Below are positions 1 through 6,231 of a stretch of 8,294 nt of DNA, one piece after another. Numbering within the stretch: the first letter of the stretch is position 1; each line of letters starts with the position of its first letter. This DNA is from Octopus sinensis (Eukaryota), in assembly GCF_006345805.1 (NCBI RefSeq), contig NW_021828473.1:1-8294 (forward strand), written 5' to 3'. Position numbers and translations under genes: made by a program. The notes beneath the pieces were generated by a model. The model saw only the letters and a list, made by a program, of their open reading frames with translations, had not been told where the DNA came from and did no database searches.

Positions 1-2160
1 TACAGCATTCAGGTTTGTTTTTGACAACATATTTATCCTCTTCTTGACATTCTCCAATATGGAGTCCATAACTTTATTCTTGAGAACATTACTTCCGCCA
101 TCTTCAAGTACACCCAAGTAGCGATATCCGTTGATTCCATCGACAGTCTCACAGCATGATAAAGATTCCACATTAGATGCTGATTTTTCGGAATTCATCT
201 CTAGGCCGACACTTTTAAAAAATCCATTAACAGCCTCCATCATTTTGACTAACACATCTTCTTTGAGGGCAACTATTTTCAGATCGTCAATAAAGAAGAA
301 ATGATTGGTGGAGTATGTCAACATATTGGGATCTTCCCGACTAATTTCGAGTTTGGGAAACATGGAGTTAAGCATCCTGCTTAGGGGATCCATCGCCATA
401 ACGAATAGCAGCGGGGGACAATGAATCTCCTTGGAGTATTCCCCGGCTTAACTTTACTTTCCCAATTCTTTTCCCATCGATATGTAAGTTTACTGTCCAC
501 TTCTTGACTATGTTCTTTACAAAGCTGACAATCCAATGTGGTATTCCAGAGCAATCCAATACGTGGAACAAGAACTCGTGATCAACTGAGTCAAATGCCT
601 TCTTCACATCGACCCAAGCAGAATAGAGGCCATTTCCATACTCTTTATTTAAGCATTGGTTAATGAGGGCTTGCTCTTGGGCGCTTGACATTGCTTCCTC
701 GTCCCAAGCTGATTATCTGCGATTAAGCCAAATGCCTCGATGAAATCGGCCAGTTTGGCATTAACACATTTGGTGACAAGTTTATACAAAGTTGGCATAC
801 ACGTTATAGGGCGTAAGTCCTTCGGGGTCTCACACTCACTTTTTTAGGGATCAAGTAAGTTACGCCAGTGTAAAACCAGCTATCAGGCGTGTACTCTCCA
901 TTAATTATTCGGACTATCTCTTTACACAGAAACCCATGCAAAGAATCCATCTTCTTTAAGAAAAAGTTATACGTTCCATCGCATCCGCATGCCTTCCAGT
1001 CAGGTGCATATTTGAGCATATCCATAATAAATCACTTGTGAATTGAGGTCGCATGGTTTCACCGCCAGTACACCTCACACCCACAAAATCATAAACTACG
1101 GGCCCCATATTTTTCTTGCTCCAGACATCTTCCCAAAATGATAAGCACTCACCATCACCAAACCCATACAGGGTGGCTTCGTTGCTCGAAGATAAGTTTC
1201 GATAAAATCTTCTGCGGTTTAATTCAAAACACGCATTGTCTTTCCGGAAATTTTTCCTCGAGGAATGGATAGATATCTGTTTCTTTTTGATTCTAATTAG
1301 ATCATTCAATAGAGTCTCAATTCTGGTTAGCTCCCCTTCTTAGACTTCTTATATCCGTAGCGGCAGAGAAACATCCATTGCCTTTTGCTTTTCTGCCTGA
1401 GGCAAGGTTTGTTTGGAGAAGGAACGAACTGTGTCAATTTCATCTGCTAATTTAGAGATTTTTCTTTCCGTGTTTTCCAACCATGTGCTCTGTGGTCTGG
1501 CTCTCGTAGTTAAGGCCAAATAAGCACACTGTGCAGCATATAGAATATCGGTAATTTGATTAATATCTTGGGGCGGATCATCTTTTGTAATATGATAAAT
1601 TGCAGAATTTAATCCAGCCAGGATATCAGTTTTTACCATCCTTCGTTGCACCTTTGGAGTTGGCTTTCGAGAGTCTCTCTGAATAGACTGAACTTTCCCA
1701 ATTTGGAATTTGAGTTCCTCTAGGCAATTTCTGAAACTGGAAATTTCTACGTCCACATCATCTTGCACTCTGGAAGAGTCGCATCTCCCTTGCACATTGT
1801 TATTCCGTCTAGCCATGCTCTTTAGTTGGCATAAACTGGAGCACTTTGCCGAGTACTTCTCATTGAACTTCTCCAGGACAAGGTTCCAACCACCTCTTGG
1901 CATCCTTCCAAGTCTTTGCTTCGCGCAAGGGCAATCTGAGACACCCATTCGCCTTCAGAGACACCATTGACATTTCCGATGATCGCAGAAAGAGAATGCA
2001 AGTTAGTTTTGGCAGCATCACCAACAAGATCTTCTTTAACACCATTAGCTCTTGTGGCATTGTGAGGTCCCATAGGCGACGGTCCTGTCTTTTTTAAGTT
2101 CTTTTTATTTGCAGGAAGGCCCGTAGGTTTCGTTTTCCTTAACTGCTTGGAAACGTACAT
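1..2160 (-). pseudogene. Reverse transcriptase polyprotein ORF interrupted by about 7 single-base indels
   Basis: Hand-joined frames give WKACGCDGTYNFFLKK, TYLIPKK/SECETPKDLRPITCMPTLYKLVT, NQLGTRKQCQ(G)AQEQALIN, WVDVKKAFDSVDH, RGILQGDSLSP/LLFVMAMDPL, catalytic NHFFFIDDLK (~280-306), GLEMNSEKS, GYRYLGVLED and KTNLNAV at the window edge. First ATG is at 2160. Frame breaks are near 1925, 1370, 1335, 1030, 843, 684 and 415. Confidence 0.9.
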
Positions 2161-2196
2161 GCACACACCACAACAACAATCCGTTTTTGTGACCAA
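1..2196 (-). mobile_element. R4/Dong-like (RLE-type) non-LTR retrotransposon, 5' part; continues past the window start
   Basis: Minus-strand ORF pieces join into one RT polyprotein (next feature). Composition switches from AT-rich HPRT 3' flank to mixed sequence at ~2197, which I take as the approximate 5' end. The 3' end, endonuclease and TSD lie outside the window, so the clade call rests on RT motif style only. Confidence 0.8.
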
Positions 2197-2241
2197 TAAT
2201 AAAATGAAATAAAATAATGTTAGAAATATTAAAAAGTCAAA

Positions 2242-3064
2242 TTATCCAAAATAGTCAATTCCTGCCTGATTGATGAGTGCAATGTGCTAGAGAGTGAGCC
2301 AAACAAACAAACAGGGACATCCCTGAACTCCTGGTTGTAGTCAAACCCCATCCCCACGATGAATCTGTCAGGAATACTGAACCCCACGACTATATATAGT
2401 CCAATAGTAGTACAGTCTGCAGGCATCGTCGGCTTGGCCAGTCGTTTAGAAATAAAAAAGGCGGTTTTGACAGAGAGGGGATCATACTCGGCCAGAACCT
2501 CCTTTAGCTTGGTTATAGTCCTCCCAGTATCCACAATGTCTTCAAGAATAAGAACATTCTAATTAATAATAATTTATATTTAATTAATTATTATTAAAAT
2601 AATAATTTACATTCTGGCGAACACAGGATAACACCTGGGGGGAGAATACACTCACACTTCCGGTCGACTGGTCGTTCTGGTGGTAACATTTGTGATTAAA
2701 CCAGATAACTGGCAGTCCTGATGAATTCCAAATGGAACCTCACATAGGATTCCTTCGAAGAGGAGAGATTGAGACGTTCCATAGCCTCAGTGACCTTCAC
2801 AGTGAACTTGAATGCCCCTTTGAGAACACAGAGGAGAATGAGGGACTGTCCTTTATATATATTCCATATTTCATTGCTCATTCATTCTCATTATTATCCT
2901 ACTGCATTAGTAGTGCTGTGTGCCTGTCCACTGCCTCCTCCTGTGGAATTAAAATGTCGTCTATGAAGGGGCGGTAGAATTCGGGCAATTCGAATTGGTC
3001 CGCGTTATTTCGCTCGTGGTCGTCAGGTATCTGTTTGTCACGTGCTAACACTAACCGTTATCAT
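2242..3064 (-). CDS. HPRT: Hypoxanthine-guanine phosphoribosyltransferase, 7 exons, with an apparent frameshift at the start of exon 3 (damaged copy or assembly error)
   Basis: Exons (minus): 3064-3056, 3030-2924, 2898-2702, 2676-2611, 2558-2414, 2389-2313, 2286-2242. Spliced protein: MIT|IPDDHERNNADQFELPEFYRPFIDDILIPQEEAVDR|..MSNEIWNIYKGQSLILLCVLKGAFKF..EFIRTASYL|NDQSTG..RQN|NVLILEDIVDTGRT..PADF|VGFSIPDRFIVGMGFDYNQEFRDVP|HIALINQAGIDYFG*. LEDIVDTGRT is the PRPP-binding motif. Exon lengths sum to 646 nt, which is not a multiple of 3. Confidence 0.93.
2287..2312 (-). other. HPRT intron 6, 26 nt, GT-AG
   Basis: GTTTGTTTGTTTGGCTCACTCTCTAG; removal joins FRDVP|HIALI, equivalent to human FRDLN|HVCVI. 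Confidence 0.85.
2390..2413 (-). other. HPRT intron 5, 24 nt, GT-AG, in frame and stop-free
   Basis: GTACTACTATTGGACTATATATAG; removal restores D-F-V-G-F (phase 1) and yields a following exon of 77 nt, the size of human exon 8. Confidence 0.85.
2559..2610 (-). other. HPRT intron 4, 52 nt, AT-rich, GT-AG
   Basis: GTAAATT...TTAATTAG, 50 of 52 nt A/T. It follows a 66-nt exon (human exon 4 size) and precedes NVLILED. Confidence 0.88.
2677..2701 (-). other. HPRT intron 3, 25 nt, GT-AG
   Basis: GTTTAATCACAAATGTTACCACCAG; joins ASYL|NDQSTG, equivalent to human KSYC|NDQSTG. Confidence 0.9.
2899..2923 (-). other. HPRT intron 2, 25 nt, non-canonical GC-AG
   Basis: GAC AG|GCACACAGCACTACTAATGCAGTAG|G. 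The donor falls at the conserved D-R phase-2 position after a 107-nt exon (human exon 2 size). The acceptor is ambiguous: CAG at 2902, TAG at 2899 or GAG at 2877. Confidence 0.7.
3031..3055 (-). other. HPRT intron 1, 25 nt, GT-AG
   Basis: ATG ATA ACG|GTTAGTGTTAGCACGTGACAAACAG|ATA CCT GAC GAC; exon 2 starts IPDD, equivalent to human ISDD. Confidence 0.8.
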
Positions 3065-3113
3065 TCCACGTCACCAATTATATTTATTAGCATTTTTAAA
3101 TTTAAAAAATAAT

Positions 3114-3122
3114 AATTAATTT
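3114..3122. repeat. Target-site duplication, 3' copy (AATTAATTT on +)
   Basis: Identical to 5472-5480 and abuts or overlaps the poly(A) tail. The length is ambiguous (6-9 bp) because it overlaps the A-run. Confidence 0.7.
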
Positions 3123-3134
3123 TTTTTTTTTTTT
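3120..3134 (-). repeat. Poly(A) tail of the CRE element (T15 on +)
   Basis: 15 consecutive T, about 70 nt after the ORF stop, with AATAAA just upstream on the minus strand. Confidence 0.85.
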
Positions 3135-5471
3135 GTTAATTATTTTATTTAATAAGTTTTGAAAAGTTATTATATCGAAAGAGAAGAGATTGATTTGAGA
3201 AATCAATTGAGGAAGCCCGCTGCCTGTATGGAAAGCGAGTTCCCTCGGAGTATGGCTATTCCGATCCGTTGTCTTAGCCATACTCCTTCACGAGGATCAT
3301 TCTTCTTTGTGGCGAGCATTCTTCCGAGTTCGCGCAAGAACTCGGCAGTCGCTGGGCCAACAGCTCCTGATGACTCAGCCGCAACAGGGGTGAATCTGTA
3401 GCGGTCCCCGAGGAAGGAATATTTTTTGGTTTTAAGGTTTTCCGCGATTGAGGCAGCTGCTCCAGGTGTCTGAACCGATTTAAGGAGATTCGTGCTTGAG
3501 TAAGTATCGACGCAAGTTGCGTCCCAGACCAAAGATCGTCCGGAGTTGAAAGGGAAAAGAGTCATCCCGTCAGGTCTCTTCCATCACCTCGATCGAGACC
3601 CACTGGTTCAAGCTGTGCTGGGAAGCCTGCAGCCTTCAGAGCTCTGACGATCACGTCGTTCAGAGCGGCGTGACGTGGTCCTCTTCCGGCGGATCTCCTG
3701 CAGGATAGCGGGTGCAATCCCTTCGCATCGACCGTTTTCCCGCAGCGGCATCGGTGCTCCTGGCAAACGTCTAGTCCAAGTCTTTGTCCACTTCCAATCC
3801 TCAAAGAATCGTCGTCCAAAAAAGTCCCGAGATTTGGGCAAGGGATTGCACCAAGCCATGCTCCGCTCCCTCCACTTGAGGCTGACACCAGGCAAGCAAG
3901 ACGATGTTGATTTGCTTCTTTTTTAAGCCCTTCTGAAATTTTGGAGCAGACAATGTTATCCCAGTTCCTTTGTTTCGTTGTGTCTTCGGGGATTTTGAGT
4001 CCTGACCCGTTCCAATCCCGGCAAGCTTCATCAAATGACTCATTCCAGCGAAGTCCAATAGTGTGACGAAGGACTTGCCGTGTCAAATGGTTGCAGCTTG
4101 AGAGAGACGAAAGATATGCCGGGTACGCGACCTCCAGCGCCGATCTTAGACCGACACCCCCAAATCCAGAGGGAAGCTTACATTGCTTCCAACCGAGTTC
4201 GTCGAAGCGGACGTTGATTAGTGACTCAACAGTTTGTTTGAGAGATTTGTCTATCGAAAGTAGACTGTCGTCATGTTCGTGGCAGGGTGAACATCGCAGT
4301 AGGTATAGAAGCTTGGGTAGTCCGATGTTGTTTCTCATCAGGAAGAAGGATGTGTAAGAGTCGAGGCATGACAGTCTATTTGCGAGGCGAGATAATTCTT
4401 CATTTTTAGAAAGTAGATGGTTCCTGAGTTCGTCTTCACTGAGTGGACATCCAAGGAAATATAGTTTATCAACTGGCACAGTCGGGATCCCGGGAAGCAG
4501 TTCGTTGAAAAACTCCTTGATAGAGAGAAAGTCGGTGTTTGAGTATGAGACATTTATTAACTCTGATTTGTTAATATTGATGTCCAATCCCAAGTGTTTT
4601 AATGCGGGAAGTGCTTGACGTAAAGAGTTGTATGTTTCCTCGAATGATCCTCCAATTGTGGCATCGTCGAGATACCAGAGATTTAGTTGTGCGTCAATTG
4701 ATCTCACAACATCATCAATTGTCAGGGCAAATAAGAGGGGTCCGAGCGGATCTCCCTGCTGGACACCAGTTTTTGATTTAATGATTTCATCATCAAAAAC
4801 CAGAGACGTATCTTCTCCGTATGACAATTTAACAAGAGGGAAAAGCATGGGAGCCCTCTTCCAACACGTTTCCATAATGGAGTCTCTTCTGAGAGAATTG
4901 AATGCATTGGTTATGTCCAATTTGATTCCAATGCATTCGTTTGCAGTATTCTTCTGTGTGAAGAAACGCCTTGCTGCATGAACCGCTGCCTCACATCCGT
5001 TCTGGATACTAACACCCATTTGTTCTGGGAAGAACTCCGCACCGAGTGGGCGGCTCACGAGGGTCGAAGCAATCTTCGCTGCGAGTCTTCTGAAATAATT
5101 TCCGACCGCAATGGGGCGGATTCCTCCGTTGGGTTTTTTGAACGCGAGTAGCCTTGCGGAGAAGAGCAATTCTCTGGCATACTCCGGGATGTCGCCATTC
5201 ACCATTTTCCTTATTAGGTCCGTGATCGATTTAACAAGACAGCGTCCTGCTTCCGAGGTGTAGGTGGACGTTAGGTCTTTGATATGGCCGGGGCGTAACC
5301 CATCCAAGCCTCCGCTGCTGCTAGCGGCAAAAGAAGCGATTCCGTGTCGCACTTCTGATTCGGTAATCATAATCTCTTGAGTTCCTTCAGGATTCGAGAA
5401 CTTTACATAATCACTCGGTGCACTTGGGTGCTTCTGAATTAAGGTATTCAGGACCTCGGGGGTGCTATACA
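3123..5471 (-). mobile_element. 5'-truncated CRE-clade non-LTR retrotransposon (RT plus restriction-like endonuclease)
   Basis: Bounded by a 9-bp direct repeat and a poly(A) tail. The reading frame is open right up to the 5' junction with no 5' UTR or N-terminal zinc fingers. It has CRE-style motifs (IQKHP, SGGLDGLRPGH, IRPIAVGNYFRRLAAK, QMGVSIQNGCEAAVHAAR). Confidence 0.88.
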
Positions 5472-5472
5472 A
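3203..5472 (-). CDS. RT / zinc-knuckle / RLE polyprotein with one frameshift at ~3578
   Basis: RT motifs KLDITNAFNSL, GVQQGDPLGPLLF, LWYLDD, GLDININKSE and FLGCPL; GFGGVGLR thumb region; CRCG..HPLSC knuckle; RHAALND. Adding one A to GGAAGAGA gives DGKRPDGMTL and joins ORF 3203-3565 (WDATCVDT, AENLKTKKY), the PD..D RLE catalytic core. The TTG start of the ORF track straddles the TSD; the first ATG is at 5370. Confidence 0.9.
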
Positions 5473-5480
5473 ATTAATTT
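5472..5480. repeat. Target-site duplication, 5' copy (AATTAATTT on +)
   Basis: Identical to 3114-3122 and lies exactly where coding-like sequence ends. Confidence 0.7.
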
Positions 5481-5488
5481 AAAAAAAG

Positions 5489-5518
5489 TTTTGACGTGGT
5501 GCTTTCCCGCGTCCAAAA
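5489..5518. promoter_or_regulatory. GC-rich imperfect palindrome containing TGACGTGG (bZIP-type) and TTTCCCGC (E2F-type) motifs; candidate displaced HPRT upstream element
   Basis: TTTTGACGTGG-TGCTTTC-CCGCGTC-C-AAAA in otherwise AT-rich DNA. In the reconstructed empty site it lies about 60-90 nt upstream of the HPRT ATG. Function is inferred only. Confidence 0.35.
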
Positions 5519-5549
5519 ATGTCACTAAAAATGCCTGGAGTTATATATA

Positions 5550-6100
5550 CAGTGAACAACAATAAAAACTGAACATGCTTTTTCTTATAAATTTACAATG
5601 AAAGATATTGCAAATATGGTTCAAATTTATTTTTAACATGGATCAAAGTATTTTAAATTTTTTAGTGTTTTTAATAAACCAAAATTCAAAACCAGAACAA
5701 ACTGAACAAATTTAAAAATTAAACACTTAAGCATGTTAATATCATCTATATTTTTTAATTTTATAATATTTATCCATAAATCTTTTTAAAATATTGAGAA
5801 TAAAGCAAAAACCGATTTTTTAAGACAAAAAATTCCGGACAAATGTCAAAAAATAAAATATCAGTAAGGAATATGCTTTCCTCTCGATTTATATAACTCT
5901 AAACTACGAGTTTTCATCGAATTTATTAATTTTCGAATAAAATCAGTTGGAATTTTATTCCAAATTTCTAATATTTTATCCTTTTGTTGATGTTTATTTT
6001 TGGTCGAGAATCACCAAAAGATTCCTCAGGACGATAATTATCAGAAGCTATTTAAATAAGTGTTCAACAAACAAAAAAGTCGGGTCTGGTTGACCATCGT
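5550..6100 (-). mobile_element. Tc1/mariner DNA transposon remnant (one terminus plus transposase C-terminus)
   Basis: Terminus TATATATA|CAGTGAACAACAATAAAAACTGAACA has the TA target plus CAGTG start typical of Tc1-like TIRs. AAACTGAACA is directly repeated at 5566-5575 and 5699-5708. The second TIR was not found, so the right boundary is approximate. Confidence 0.7.
5861..6100 (-). pseudogene. Degenerate Tc1-family transposase C-terminus
   Basis: 5861-5983 reads KDKILEIWNKIPTDFIRKLINSMKTRSLELYKSRGKHIPY*, matching the Tc1 C-terminal pattern W..I....I..L..SM..R...(V)I...G....Y*. About 100 nt upstream, WSTRPDF..VEHLF weakly resembles WPxxSPDLNPIEHLW (frameshifted). Confidence 0.7.
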
Positions 6101-6231
6101 TGCTCAATCGTCAATAAATATTTTAAATTAAAGAGGCTTGAAGTGAGTATGTCAATTTCAACTGTTTTAAATTTGCCAAAACATTTACAAAAAAGAATGG
6201 AAATCAGTAACAACTCAAAAAATAAGAATAA

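Noticed and set aside
1710-2097. ORF-track entries 1710-1970(+), 1860-2060(-) and 1897-2097(+)
   Set aside because: Antisense or alternate-frame shadows of the retroelement ORF with no recognisable motifs.
2229-2534. 101-aa ORF as a standalone protein
   Set aside because: It is HPRT exons 5-6 read through two unspliced introns; the tail after RDVP is intron plus an out-of-frame exon.
3562-3590. Programmed ribosomal frameshift between RT and RLE
   Set aside because: There is no X XXY YYZ slippery heptamer, the break falls just before the catalytic RPDG motif, and it is fixed by one A in an A-run like the other indels.
3608-4981. Short overlapping ORFs inside the CRE ORF (3608-3895, 3675-3926, 3801-4058, 4091-4357, 4338-4553, 4628-4981, 4722-4907)
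   Set aside because: Off-frame or antisense by-products of a long coding sequence.
1-5472. RTs as a bacterial retron, group II intron, DGR or defence-associated RT system
   Set aside because: The neighbouring genes have spliceosomal introns, and the RTs carry non-LTR features (RLE domain, zinc knuckle, poly(A) tail, TSD).
5512-5547. Spliced-leader RNA gene as the CRE target
   Set aside because: An Sm-like AUUUUUGG and a hairpin are present, but there is no AG|GT donor or recognisable leader exon, so it is not called as an ncRNA. It is kept only as a weak hypothesis in the findings.
5531-5572. ATG CCT GGA GTT (MPGV) resembling the RPS19 start
   Set aside because: Similarity ends after four codons, a stop follows at codon 14, and no micro-intron restores it.
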